64,000 nt of DNA from Candidatus Marinacidobacterales bacterium (GTDB lineage Bacteria; Acidobacteriota; Vicinamibacteria; Marinacidobacterales; DATDRI01). The notes below the pieces were generated by a model that was given only the letters and a program-made list of their open reading frames with translations, did not search any database and was not told where the DNA came from. The stretch spans positions 1,248,001 through 1,312,000 of the forward strand of contig OZ244742.1 in assembly GCA_965219415.1 (NCBI GenBank), given 5' to 3'. Shown here in pieces: positions 10,116-19,700 of this stretch; the stretch's first letter is position 1; every line of letters starts with the position of its first letter. The translations under genes and the position numbers were made by a program.

Positions 10116-11990
10116 CTACACCCACTCTTGTTCAGTCGCCGTGGTCACATCGGGCTGCGCAGGAACGTTCAAAATAAACGTCGTGCCGTCCCCGGGTGAG
10201 GATTTCACGTCCACCTCGCCGTTGTGGCACACCGCAATCTTCTGCACGATCGAAAGCCCGAGGCCGGTACCCTCTGACTTCGTAGTGAAGAAGGGTGAAA
10301 AGATGCGAGGAAGATCCTCTTCTTGAATGCCAGGACCGTTGTCCGACACACGTACGAAGGCCACCCCGTTACGACCTCCGGCTTCCAGCCGGACCTCACC
10401 CGCTTCGCCACGCTCATTTCCTGACGCCGCCTCGATGGCGTTGAGCACAAGGTTGGAGACCGCCTTTCTGAGGAGCATCTCATCGGCCTCCACCGTTAGT
10501 TGTACTTTCGCAGCGTTGGCCTGTGGCTCGAGGTCGCGGGACAGATCTCGGGCCATTTCCGCCATATCGAAAGGCACCGCACGCAGGGTTTCCGGCCGTG
10601 CGAATTGGAGAAACTCCGTCACCACTCGATTGAGCGACGAACACTCCTCGACCAACGCGTCAACGACCGTATTGTCTTCCTCAGAAGACACCGATTGCCC
10701 CAGGAGCTTGGCGTTACCAAGCATAGTGGCCAGACTGTTGCGAAACTCATGGGCGATTCCGGCCGCCATCTCGCCGAGACGCGCCAAATTCTCCTTGATG
10801 AAGAGTCTCTGACGAAGCTCGATGACTTCGGTTAAGTCGGCGAAAAGACAGAGCGCACCTCGTACTTTTCCTTCCGTCGACGGAAGTGATAGCACGCTCG
10901 TCCCTAGATGGATCGACTCGCCGGACTGGCGTCGGTAGTCCACACGCCGTCGAAGCGACTGCGATCCCTCGGCGAGCGCTCGAGCCATCCATTCGGCAAG
11001 TACCTCAGAGCCAGGAAAGGCTTCCTGAAAACACTTTCCTTGAAGCGACTGCGCGTCCACACCGAAGATTCTCTCCGCCGCCGGATTCACCACGGTGACT
11101 CGACCAGTATCGTCGAGGCTGACAAGACCGGTGGTCATACTACGGATAATGTCGGTGGCCAGGGCCTCGGTCTCATCCGCCCGTGCCTTCTCCATTCGAT
11201 GCATCTCGGCGAGCTGCTTCTCCTTTTCTTTCAGCTTCGCTACGACATCTTGGAAGGTGGAGAGAAGAAACTGGCCTTCGTCCGCGGAAGCTGAAGTGGA
11301 CGTTAGATCTCCCGCTACCGAGCGGGCTTCCGCTAGGAGCCGGCGGTGAGGGGCCAGGAGACCATTGAGAAAAAGCACCAGAGTCAGTAGGACCAGGCTG
11401 AGTGCCGAGACCTGGTAGACGAGCGTGGAGCGGAAACCCCGATTCGCTTCCGCCAGCGACGACGCGGAAAACTGTAGGCGGAGCACCCCTCGTTCGGTCC
11501 CGTCCGGATACTTTAGGGCGAGGTAGCCGAATGCGGTAGCACTCTCCGGCTGGTAAGCGGGGGAGACCTCGGTCATGCTCCACCCGCGATCGACGAGCTG
11601 ATACTTCCCCACCCGATCCAATCGATCGAAATCGAGCACATCTGAGAGTCGACAGTCGGACGAGCCGGCGAGGATCCTTCCGTTCCAATCCAAGAGACAA
11701 GCAGAGCCAGCGCCGTGTTTTTCCGCTAGCTCTTGGAGAAGCTTGGACAGGGCTGCCGATACCCGGAATCGATCGGCACCGGCGGAGTTCCCGGTTGTTG
11801 CCAGCAGGCCCGCCAGACGGGAGGCCATGAGCTCCGCCTTCGACCGAGCGGCCTCATCGAAGGCAGTGGTGAGAATTTTGCGCGACGTGTGCGAGAAGTG
11901 CAGACTCTGACTGTTGACGATGACCAGGACGATGATCAGGAACGCCAGAAACAGCCGGACCCGATTCTCGTGAGAAACAAAGTCAGCCAC
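10116..11990 (-). CDS. Membrane PAS-domain sensor histidine kinase (PilS/NtrB-like)
   Basis: Two TM helices, PAS (VNPAAERIFG), H-box AHEFRNSL, N-box NLVLNAIEA, and DNGPG / GTGLGL boxes. Confidence 0.9.
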   Translation of the reverse strand: MADFVSHENRVRLFLAFLIIVLVIVNSQSLHFSHTSRKILTTAFDEAARSKAELMASRLAGLLATTGNSAGADRFRVSAALSKLLQELAEKHGAGSACLLDWNGRILAGSSDCRLSDVLDFDRLDRVGKYQLVDRGWSMTEVSPAYQPESATAFGYLALKYPDGTERGVLRLQFSASSLAEANRGFRSTLVYQVSALSLVLLTLVLFLNGLLAPHRRLLAEARSVAGDLTSTSASADEGQFLLSTFQDVVAKLKEKEKQLAEMHRMEKARADETEALATDIIRSMTTGLVSLDDTGRVTVVNPAAERIFGVDAQSLQGKCFQEAFPGSEVLAEWMARALAEGSQSLRRRVDYRRQSGESIHLGTSVLSLPSTEGKVRGALCLFADLTEVIELRQRLFIKENLARLGEMAAGIAHEFRNSLATMLGNAKLLGQSVSSEEDNTVVDALVEECSSLNRVVTEFLQFARPETLRAVPFDMAEMARDLSRDLEPQANAAKVQLTVEADEMLLRKAVSNLVLNAIEAASGNERGEAGEVRLEAGGRNGVAFVRVSDNGPGIQEEDLPRIFSPFFTTKSEGTGLGLSIVQKIAVCHNGEVDVKSSPGDGTTFILNVPAQPDVTTATEQEWV

Positions 11991-12003
11991 AACTAAGTGT
12001 GCG

Positions 12004-12810
12004 CTAAAAGAGGTTGAAGTACCAATCGATCAGCGGGGGCCCGGCGAACAGCGTGCCCACCGCGGCCACGCCGAGAAAAGTCCCGAAGGGAAGTGCGGTC
12101 TTGAGGTCCTTTCCGCGTGTGACCATGAGCGCTACGCCGACCAGAGATCCCAAGAGCGAGCCGAAGAAGATGGTGAGCAGAACACCTTTCCAACCGACGA
12201 AGGCCCCCACCATGGCCATCATCTTCACGTCCCCCATTCCAAGCCCTTCGACCTTTCTTACCTTGAAATAGACCTCGGCCACGACATAGAGTAGGCCGGC
12301 TCCCAGCGCCGCTCCTGTCAAGGCCTGGGTTACGTTGATGGGCTCACGAATTGATGCCAAAAGGAGACCGACAAGAGCTCCGGGTATGGTTATGACGTTG
12401 GGGAGTATTCGATGATCGTAATCGATGAATACCAGGGCGACCATCGCCGCAACGAATGCGAACTCGACTCCGTACTCGACTCCGAAGCCGTGGCGTAGGT
12501 ACGCGATCAGAGAGGCGGCAGCCACCAACAGCTCTACTAAGGGGTAGCGGATCGAGATCGGAGCTTTGCAATGTCGACACCGACCCCAGAGCAACAGATA
12601 GCTCAGGACCGGAATGTTGTCATAGGGCGCGATCGGTTTCTTGCACTTGGGGCACGCCGAGGGCGGAAAAACAACCGACTCATCCCGAGGCAAACGGTGA
12701 ATGAGCACGTTGACGAAGCTGCCCCAAATGAGCCCGAAGAGAGTGATCAATAAAGGTCCCAACCAAGGGAGGTCCCTGAAGGTCGAGATGTTCGCGATGA
12801 GCAGGCTCAC
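12004..12810 (-). CDS. pilD: Prepilin peptidase / N-methyltransferase
   Basis: GSFVNVLIHRLP, CPKC...CRHC zinc site, IDYD and GMGDVKM aspartates, LPFGTFL. Confidence 0.93.
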   Translation of the reverse strand: MSLLIANISTFRDLPWLGPLLITLFGLIWGSFVNVLIHRLPRDESVVFPPSACPKCKKPIAPYDNIPVLSYLLLWGRCRHCKAPISIRYPLVELLVAAASLIAYLRHGFGVEYGVEFAFVAAMVALVFIDYDHRILPNVITIPGALVGLLLASIREPINVTQALTGAALGAGLLYVVAEVYFKVRKVEGLGMGDVKMMAMVGAFVGWKGVLLTIFFGSLLGSLVGVALMVTRGKDLKTALPFGTFLGVAAVGTLFAGPPLIDWYFNLF

Positions 12811-12849
12811 CTTGAACCCGATCGTCTTCCCAATGGCGGAGGTGTTCAG

Positions 12850-13767
12850 CTACCGATCCGGCAGTGCAGAGAGGAAAGAGTCTTCGGAGACTTCCGCCTT
12901 CTCGTCGCGGGGGTTCAAAACGTACGGCACACCGATGGGGTCCACAGGCACTCGCCGCAAGTAGCGGGCTTCGACCAGCGCCCGCCAGCTTTCCGGAAAT
13001 TGTCCAAACTGTTCTTTGTATTTTCGGGCAAGCTTCGTTAAGACCTCTATCTGATCCAGTGCGTCGAGCTGCTGCAGATGGATCTCGGCGTTGGCCTGCA
13101 TTTGGCTGTTCTCTGCGGTCTCGTAGAGTATTTTCCACAATTCCCGCGCCGTTTCGCGCTCTCCACCGCGTGCCAACGTCCGTCCGGCCGTGGCCACCAT
13201 CCAATAGGGTGCACCCGGAAGCTCGCTGCCCTCGAGAAAGATCTCGGCGGCGGTCTTGTAGTCTTTGAGAACCCAGAAATAAATGAAGCCCTTGTCCAAG
13301 TAAAAGCGCCAATAGTCGGGGTTGTTCTCGATTCCCTTGTCGATCAGGTTCAGGCCTTTGAGCGGCACACCCGCTCCCGTCGGCCAGGGCTCGGACAGCA
13401 AGGTCGCGCCGTAGGTGTAGGCGACATTCAGATGCGGGTCGAGAGTGGTGGTAATGTCGAGCAGCGGCTCGAGCAACTCGAATCTCTTATCCTGAGAATA
13501 AAGGCGCTGCCCGCCAAAGTACTGAACGGCCCGGAGCCAGTATAGGTCGGCGGCCACGCTCTCGAAGCCCAAAAGCACCTTCTTGAGAGTCTCTCCGTCC
13601 TCGACATAGAGGATTTCCTCGGTGGCGCGGTACTCGCCGAACCCGTCGTCGATGGCGACCTGGAGAAGCCAGACCGCGACAAAGAGCTGGGAGAGAACCG
13701 CGAGAAGGAGGAAGCCTTGGGATCGCCCGAGGGGGCTCGACGGCGCCTTATCTGTCACCTCGGTCAC
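12850..13767 (-). CDS. Membrane-anchored TPR-like pilus accessory protein (PilG/XapA-like position)
   Basis: One N-terminal TM, ADLYWLRAVQYFG, TTLDP, helical repeats and a C-terminal DPxG. It lies between the pilus ABC genes and pilD. Confidence 0.6.
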   Translation of the reverse strand: MTEVTDKAPSSPLGRSQGFLLLAVLSQLFVAVWLLQVAIDDGFGEYRATEEILYVEDGETLKKVLLGFESVAADLYWLRAVQYFGGQRLYSQDKRFELLEPLLDITTTLDPHLNVAYTYGATLLSEPWPTGAGVPLKGLNLIDKGIENNPDYWRFYLDKGFIYFWVLKDYKTAAEIFLEGSELPGAPYWMVATAGRTLARGGERETARELWKILYETAENSQMQANAEIHLQQLDALDQIEVLTKLARKYKEQFGQFPESWRALVEARYLRRVPVDPIGVPYVLNPRDEKAEVSEDSFLSALPDR

Positions 13768-13970
13768 GAGCTCATCTCGTCCCCGGCCTTCGCCAAGGCC
13801 ACGAGGTCCTCCACTTGTTGGTCGGTGAGCCCACCCATGACGTTCTCTTCGACCGTACCGCCGGGAGCGACCACGATACCGCGGTGCCTTCCGCTCTGCC
13901 GGATGTAGAGCTCGATCCCCCCTACCGCAAGGAGGAAGAGCGCTACTGCCAGCCAGCGCTTTCCCTTCAC
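13764..13970 (-). CDS. Small membrane-anchored hypothetical protein
   Basis: 68-aa ORF with an N-terminal hydrophobic helix and a GGAG RBS; its stop overlaps the next start. Confidence 0.5.
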   Translation of the reverse strand: MKGKRWLAVALFLLAVGGIELYIRQSGRHRGIVVAPGGTVEENVMGGLTDQQVEDLVALAKAGDEMSS

Positions 13971-13983
13971 GTAGAACCGACTC

Positions 13984-14751
13984 CTACTTGAGATTCCGGC
14001 GATTGAACACCACCGCCGCTATAATGAGCAAAATCGCGATGTAAATCACGCCATACGCGGTCGAGTAACCGAGCATCGTCAACGGAACCGCATCGCCTGC
14101 GACGACCCGAGACTTGACGTCGAAGTTTCGGAGGTTTGGCACCACGTAATAAACGACCTGGGTCAATTGCGGCAAAAATCCCGACTCGACAACCGTATCG
14201 AGATGCTTGAGCTCGGTCGAGAAATGCCCCACCACGTAAAAGAATCCGGTAAAGACCGCGCTCAGAATAGACGAAGTGAACGTACTAAACAGAAGGGCCA
14301 GAGCTGTGATAAGCGCCATCTCGAAGTAGAGGAGGTAGATGGCCTTCAACAGCGCCGGTTCGAAGCTGCGGGTCATGGCGAACAAAAGCGCATAGAGCCC
14401 GGCCGTCATGATCGCCACGTTCACCGCGAGCGTTAGGCAGAGTCCGAAATATTTCCCCAGAATGAAATGAACCCGAGAGATCGGTTTCGGTAACAGCGAG
14501 TAGAGGGTGCGTTTGTCCATCTCCTTCGAGACCAGGCCGATCCCGATAAAAATGGCGATCACCGAACCAAAGACGGCGATCGCTGCGAGCCCCAGATCCT
14601 TGATGATCTTGACTTCCTGGTAGACGGAGATCTGTCCCAACACGTAGGAGCAGGCGATCATGATGAGCGCGAAGAGGATCAGGTTGTAGAGCACCTTATC
14701 GCGGACCGTTTCCCGGTAGGTGTTCAGCGAGATGAAGGCGATCTTACTCAT
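13984..14751 (-). CDS. ABC-2 permease (PilI-like)
   Basis: NTYRETVRDK, EMDKRTLYSLLPKPISR...GKYFG and about six TM segments; coupled to the ATPase gene. Confidence 0.85.
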   Translation of the reverse strand: MSKIAFISLNTYRETVRDKVLYNLILFALIMIACSYVLGQISVYQEVKIIKDLGLAAIAVFGSVIAIFIGIGLVSKEMDKRTLYSLLPKPISRVHFILGKYFGLCLTLAVNVAIMTAGLYALLFAMTRSFEPALLKAIYLLYFEMALITALALLFSTFTSSILSAVFTGFFYVVGHFSTELKHLDTVVESGFLPQLTQVVYYVVPNLRNFDVKSRVVAGDAVPLTMLGYSTAYGVIYIAILLIIAAVVFNRRNLK

Positions 14752-15686
14752 GGTCTCTCGACTCCGGTGGCGGCCACTTCACGGACGAAATACTCCTCGA
14801 GTGTCTGACGAACAGGTTGCACCGAAACGAGACGCGCTCCGTTCGACTGCACCATGCTCAGAACCTTATCCAGAACCTCCTCGCCTCCCAGTTCCAACTT
14901 GATGCTCTCACCTAACCGGTGCAGGCGAGACGCGATGGCGCCGAGCTCTTGCTCCAATCCGTTGGAGACATTCCCCAAAACGACTTCTATCGTCAGCGAC
15001 AGGTCAAGGATTTCCGAGAGCTTGCCTTCCCTGACCTTCTTCCCGTGGTTCAAGATCGCGACCCGGTCGCACAAGGCCTCGACGTCGGGGAGGATGTGCG
15101 AGCAGAAGAGAACGGTAACCCCTTCGTTCTTGAGCTCTCGAACGAGCACTGTCATGTCGCGCCGCCCCATGGGGTCGAGGCCCGACATAGGCTCGTCCAG
15201 GAAAACGATACGCGGCCGGTTGAGCAGAGCCTGTGCCACACCGAGTCGTTGCGTCATCCCCTTGGAGTACTCGCGAAGTTGAGAATCTCCCGCCGCTGTC
15301 AGACCCACTCGTTGAAGCAAGTCGTTCGTTCTGCGGAGGCGCTCGCCGCGCCCGAGGCCAAAGAGTTGCCCGAAGTAGTTCAGCAACTCCCGACCGGTCA
15401 AATAGTCGTAAAAATAGGGCTGCTCGGGGAGATAACCGATCTGTGCCTTCATGGTGAGATCATGGAGAGGCTTGCCGAGAATCTTGGCCCGCCCCTCGGT
15501 CGAGAATACCAGCCCCATCAGAAGCTTGAGCGTGGTGGTCTTCCCGGCACCATTGGGACCGATCAAACCGAAGATCTCGCCTTGGTCTATGCTGAGGGAG
15601 AGATTGTCGAGGGCCCGCTTCGTCTTTCGGGAGAACGGGCCCACGGGATAGTCCTTCGTCAAACCATCGATTTCGACATCGGTCAT
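14748..15686 (-). CDS. ABC transporter ATP-binding protein (PilH-like)
   Basis: Walker A GPNGAGKT, signature YSKGM, Walker B FLDEP, H-loop SH. Confidence 0.9.
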   Translation of the reverse strand: MTDVEIDGLTKDYPVGPFSRKTKRALDNLSLSIDQGEIFGLIGPNGAGKTTTLKLLMGLVFSTEGRAKILGKPLHDLTMKAQIGYLPEQPYFYDYLTGRELLNYFGQLFGLGRGERLRRTNDLLQRVGLTAAGDSQLREYSKGMTQRLGVAQALLNRPRIVFLDEPMSGLDPMGRRDMTVLVRELKNEGVTVLFCSHILPDVEALCDRVAILNHGKKVREGKLSEILDLSLTIEVVLGNVSNGLEQELGAIASRLHRLGESIKLELGGEEVLDKVLSMVQSNGARLVSVQPVRQTLEEYFVREVAATGVERP

Positions 15687-15814
15687 GCGCACTTCCTCGA
15701 AAACTGTCAGAACTTGTAGGTTTCTACGTTGTTTCTGAAACTGCTTCGCGCCGAGCCTTCGCGGGAGCGAAAGCTAGCGTCTTCGTAGAGAGGCGGACTC
15801 CTTCTTAGCGACGT

Positions 15815-16361
15815 CTAATCCAGAGTGAACGTTCCCGAGGGAATCGGACAAGCAATGGGGTTCCCTGCCTGGTCAAAGTAAATCGCGCCTGCCGGCGTGC
15901 CCGAGTAGGCCCGCACGCCGGTCAGCCCCATGTTGATTGGTACGGAATGGTAGCAGAAATCGAATAATGATCCGGGATCGCATCTCGCCGTATCCTGTCC
16001 CGCGGCTGGATTCGTCAAATAGTCCCTGGTGCACCCCCTCTTACTGTATGGCGTCGTTCGACCTGTATGGCGTCGTTCGACCGAGGTCCCGCCCCAAGAA
16101 CGCAGGCGCGGCCGTTGGATATCCCGGGATGCAGACCGAGTCGTCGGTCATGCAGACCAAAGACGCAGCGAACAGGCCGCAATTGCTCGAAGCATAAGTG
16201 ACCGCAGCGGAAATGACGGTTCGGGTATCCCCAATGACCCGGGCTTCGTTAGCCGCGACGCGGGCGCGAAGAAGGCTGGGGATGGCGATTGCGGCGATGA
16301 TACCGATGATGGCTACGACGATAAGAAGTTCGATGAGTGTGAATCCGTTTCTCTCTTTCAT
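15815..16361 (-). pseudogene. pilA: Second type IVa pilin, frameshifted by a 19-bp tandem duplication
   Basis: MKERNG|FTLIELLIVVAIIGIIAAIAIP. Deleting one copy of 16044-16081 joins ORFs 16041-16421 and 15815-16018 into a full paralog of the 16460-17005 pilin. Confidence 0.85.
16044..16081. repeat. Exact 19-bp tandem duplication (CTGTATGGCGTCGTTCGAC)x2
   Basis: Read directly at 16044-16062 and 16063-16081. Confidence 0.95.
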
Positions 16362-16395
16362 CGTGGCCCCCTCATCCATCCGCCAGAAGAAGTTG

Positions 16396-16430
16396 GAGGA
16401 AAGGGTGGCTAACACAGCCACCCTTTCCTC
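16396..16430 (-). terminator. Perfect 15-bp stem-loop between the two pilin genes (terminator/attenuator)
   Basis: GAGGAAAGGGTGGCT-AACAC-AGCCACCCTTTCCTC, followed on the minus strand by CAACTTCTTCT. Confidence 0.75.
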
Positions 16431-16435
16431 TCGGG

Positions 16436-16465
16436 GCTGCTACTCGCTGCTACTCGCTGCTACTC
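16436..16465. repeat. 10-bp tandem repeat (GCTGCTACTC)x3 overlapping the pilA stop codon
   Basis: Read directly from the sequence. Confidence 0.9.
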
Positions 16466-17005
16466 GAGGAAGAGCGAGCTGCTGTCAGCCGGGCAAGCCA
16501 CCTGAGCACCATCCGGCGTGATATAGATGGCTCCCGTCGCGGAACCCATGAAACCCCGCACACCAGTGAGCCCCATGTTGGTCGGAGTCGAGTGGTAGCA
16601 GTAGTCCGTCTCGCTACTGCCGTCGCAGCGCAGGCTGTCAAACCCGCTCGGGGACGTTCCAACAGCTTGCCATTCCCGGTCGTAACCAGACTTCTGGTAG
16701 GTCGAGTTCCTTCCGAGGTCGCCACCCACGAACTCAGGCGCTGCCGTCGGATAGTTCGGAATTCCCACACCGGCGCAGTCTCCGCCGTTCCGGCACAGGT
16801 TGATCAGGTCAGAGAAGAACCCGCAGTTGGCAGAAGCGTAGGTCTGCTCTGCCGAGATGACCGACCGGGTGTCCCCGATGGCCTGCGCTTCGTTCGCGGA
16901 GACGCGAGCACGAAGCAAACTGGGAATGGCGATGGCGGCAATAATGCCGATAATCGCCACGACGATCAACAGCTCGATCAGCGTGAATCCCTTCCGATTT
17001 CTCAT
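16460..17005 (-). CDS. pilA: Major type IVa pilin (six Cys)
   Basis: Class III signal MRNRKG|FTLIELLIVVAIIGIIAAIAIP; AAGGAG RBS; sigma-54 promoter upstream. Confidence 0.92.
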   Translation of the reverse strand: MRNRKGFTLIELLIVVAIIGIIAAIAIPSLLRARVSANEAQAIGDTRSVISAEQTYASANCGFFSDLINLCRNGGDCAGVGIPNYPTAAPEFVGGDLGRNSTYQKSGYDREWQAVGTSPSGFDSLRCDGSSETDYCYHSTPTNMGLTGVRGFMGSATGAIYITPDGAQVACPADSSSLFLE

Positions 17006-17142
17006 TTGTAGCTCCTTTTCCCTTGCTTACCCCATCCAAGGGGTCGATTGTGTTTGTGCCTGCCCTTCTTGTGTCGTTTCCGGCTTTGATGCTCAGTTGT
17101 GAATCGACTTACCCGGGGCGAGGCAAGTTCGCTGGGAACTAT

Positions 17143-17158
17143 AGCAACCCATGTGCCA
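17143..17158 (-). promoter_or_regulatory. Sigma-54 (-24/-12) promoter of pilA
   Basis: The minus strand reads TGGCAC-ATGGG-TTGCT, an exact consensus about 140 bp upstream of pilA, with pilR nearby. Confidence 0.85.
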
Positions 17159-17273
17159 GGAGGTCCGCCAACCAAGCCTCGACGATAAATCCCTCTAACC
17201 TATTTTTTTGAGTAACTTGAGCCGCCTGCCCTGTCCACGTCACGGTCAGTCGGATAGGAAGACGATAGCGGAC

Positions 17274-17304
17274 TTGCCATTTTTTGTCAACGCGCGAATG
17301 GCAA
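17274..17304. promoter_or_regulatory. Candidate enhancer (PilR upstream activating sequence)
   Basis: Inverted repeat TTGCCATT...AATGGCAA about 120-150 bp upstream of the sigma-54 site. Confidence 0.35.
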
Positions 17305-17387
17305 AAATTAGAAGGGGTGAGAGCCCCGCAGGCCCGTATTCGCAAGGGAAGAAAAAGCGAAACAGGCTATCCGGAGGCGCAGAGAAC

Positions 17388-17834
17388 CTACGCGGTTTCC
17401 TGGCGCCGCTCGAGCAGCGCGGCTCGCAGCACCACCAGGCCGGCCAACAACAACACGACATCTTGCGCAACCGTCATCGCCCCGATACTCCTTCCTTCTC
17501 CGGAAGTGCTGAAGCAACCGCAATCGAGGTTCACGCCACGATAGAGGTTCACGGAAATCGCGGCGATGAAAAGCACGAGAAGCGCGCTCAGGAGAAGCGA
17601 GCTCTCCCTTTTGAAGACACCAATGATGAGTGCGAGCCCTGCGAACAGCTCCATCCACGGCAGACTCATCGCGAATAGGTTTGAAGCCACCACCGGCAAC
17701 ATCTGGTAGTTGTATACTTGTTTGGCGAAAGCGGCGGGGTGTTGGATCTTATCGATGCTGGCGTAAATGAACACCGCGCCCAGTACCAGCCGGCACGCCA
17801 GCACCAACCAGCGATTGTCAAGTAGCTTCTTCAT
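17388..17834 (-). CDS. MauE/DoxX-family membrane protein
   Basis: RLVLGAVFIYASIDKI, LPWMEL, DCGCF motif and about four TM segments. Confidence 0.85.
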   Translation of the reverse strand: MKKLLDNRWLVLACRLVLGAVFIYASIDKIQHPAAFAKQVYNYQMLPVVASNLFAMSLPWMELFAGLALIIGVFKRESSLLLSALLVLFIAAISVNLYRGVNLDCGCFSTSGEGRSIGAMTVAQDVVLLLAGLVVLRAALLERRQETA

Positions 17835-18322
17835 TCGTTGTTCTCCACCTCAGAAGGCAGCCCGTCTTCGCTCCACTCCGGCCACCCGCCTTCGTAAACA
17901 TAAACGCGTCGGTACCCTTTCTCGGTCAGCTTTTCCGCCAGCGCGGTGCTTTCTTCACATCCAAACCCACTGCAATAACAGACGATCTCTTCGTCAGGAG
18001 AGGGCAAGCGATCCTTGACTCGAGCGAAAGCCGCATCGAACTCCATGACGGGTAACGAAATGGCACCCGCGATGTGTCCTTCGTAAAGATAGAAGTCCTC
18101 CGCTCTCGCATCCACGAAGATGACGCCTTGATCCCACTTCTTCTTGGCTTGCGGGGTGTCTAGAAACCAAGACGCGCCCAGCTCACTTACCGCTTGCAGA
18201 GGATGCTGACCGATACCGATCCCCTCGGGAGAGATACGATTATGGATGAGACCAACCGCGGTCGCGCAGGCAACGATTACCCCCGCTCCCAGAATCGTCT
18301 TTCCCCAAAACGACACGTTCAC
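17831..18322 (-). CDS. Membrane-anchored rhodanese-domain protein
   Basis: FVDAR, GHIAGAISLP, YCSGFGCEES and YEGGWPEW, with an N-terminal TM. Confidence 0.88.
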   Translation of the reverse strand: MNVSFWGKTILGAGVIVACATAVGLIHNRISPEGIGIGQHPLQAVSELGASWFLDTPQAKKKWDQGVIFVDARAEDFYLYEGHIAGAISLPVMEFDAAFARVKDRLPSPDEEIVCYCSGFGCEESTALAEKLTEKGYRRVYVYEGGWPEWSEDGLPSEVENNE

Positions 18323-19700
18323 CTCAGATCGTATTTCTGAAGAAGATAGCGAAAGGAGCGAAGATTCATGTGTAGGAACTTGGCGGCTCGGGTTTGCACT
18401 CCCCCCGCCCGCTCCAGGGCGAGCGATAGCAGACGCCGTTCAATACCTCCGATGTGGTCATGGAAATCCAGCCCGTCCTCTGGGAGCTCGACGAGTCCCT
18501 CTCCGTCGGCCGCCGCGATCGCCGCGGTGCTGCCTTCCTGAATCTTCTCCGGCAGCCTCTCCGGCAGAATGACCTGCGAAGGCTCGAGCGCCACCGCACG
18601 CTCGATGACGTTCTCGAGCTCTCGCACGTTACCTGGCCAGTCGCATCGGGTCATGAGCTCCATGGCTTCATCGGAGATCTTCGCAATGCGTTTGTTCATA
18701 TCCTTATTGGCCTTCGTCAAAAAATGTTCCGCCAACATTGGGATGTCGTCTCGGCCGTTCTCGGAGCGGGACCATGTGAAGGGGATGACGTTCAGGCGGT
18801 AAAAGAGATCTTCACGGAAGGTCTTTTCCCCCACCATTCTCTCGAGGTCCTTGTTGCTGGCGGCGATGATCCGAACGTCAACCTCGATCTCCTCAGTAGA
18901 GCCGATACGGCGGATTCTCTTGTCCTGCAGGACTCGCAGCAGCTTCACTTGCATCGCTGGGCTCATCTCGCCGATCTCATCGAGAAAGATGCTCCCGGTA
19001 TGAGCCACTTCGAACAGGCCCTTGTGGTTGGCATGCGCGCCGGTAAAGGACCCCCTGAGATGACCGAATAGCTCACTCTCCAGCAGGGTCTCGGGTACCG
19101 CCCCGCAGTTGACGGAAACGAAAGGATCCGACTCCCGCGTGCTGTTCCCGTGGATGGCACGGGCGGCGAGCTCCTTCCCGGTGCCGCTCTCCCCGGTAAT
19201 GAGGATGGTGCTGTTGGTAGGAGCTACGGACTTGATCAAATCGAAGAGCTTGATCATCTTGGAGCTCCGCCCGAGCATCGCACCGAGGCCGTGCTTCTTG
19301 CGAAGCGTCCGCTTGAGGCTTACGACTTCCTCGGTCAGTTGCTGCTTTTCGAGTGCGTTTCTGATGGTGACTTTGAGCTCGTCGATCTTGAAGGGTTTCG
19401 CAATGTAGTCGTAGGCGCCCAGGCGCAACGCTTCCACCGCAGTTTCAGCGGACGAATAGGCGGTGATCATGATTACTGGGGTTCCCGGCGCGGATTGCTT
19501 CACTGCTCACAGGACGTCGACACCACTCATGTCGGGCATTTTGATGTCGGAAATGACCAGATCATAGGCAGCCTTCGAGAATGCCTCCACCGCCTTTTGC
19601 CCCGACTCCGCCATCGTTACCCGATAGCCCCCTTGCGAAGAGTTATCTCCAGAAGCTGGCGCATGGAAGTCTCGTCGTCGACCACCAGAATGCGGTTCAA
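18319..19700 (-). pseudogene. pilR: Sigma-54 response regulator PilR with an in-frame TGA (19507-19509) and a frameshift near 19630
   Basis: RILVVDDE...DLVISDIKMP receiver; GESGTGKE, GSFTGA, FLDEIGE, WPGNVRELEN and a Fis HTH. Also a compensated double shift near 18755-18780. Confidence 0.85.

Noticed and set aside
16044-16465. Short repeats as a CRISPR array
   Set aside because: The units are directly adjacent with no spacers, and no cas genes are present.
15815-17005. Pilin pair as a diversity-generating retroelement (TR/VR) or shufflon
   Set aside because: There is no reverse transcriptase or invertase in the window. Differences include indels and all base types rather than adenine-specific changes.
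16460-17005. Geobacter-type short conductive e-pilin
   Set aside because: This is a full-length 181-aa pilin with a globular Cys-rich domain, not the truncated type.
18750-18785. Odd peptide FTWSRSENG in the PilR AAA+ domain as a novel insertion
   Set aside because: A compensating -1/+1 pair restores IPLHMVPLRERRDD, so it is probably a sequencing error.
19507-19509. In-frame TGA in pilR as selenocysteine or recoding
   Set aside because: The position is a non-Cys helix site in the receiver domain, TGA is used as a normal stop across the window, and I saw no SECIS-like element.
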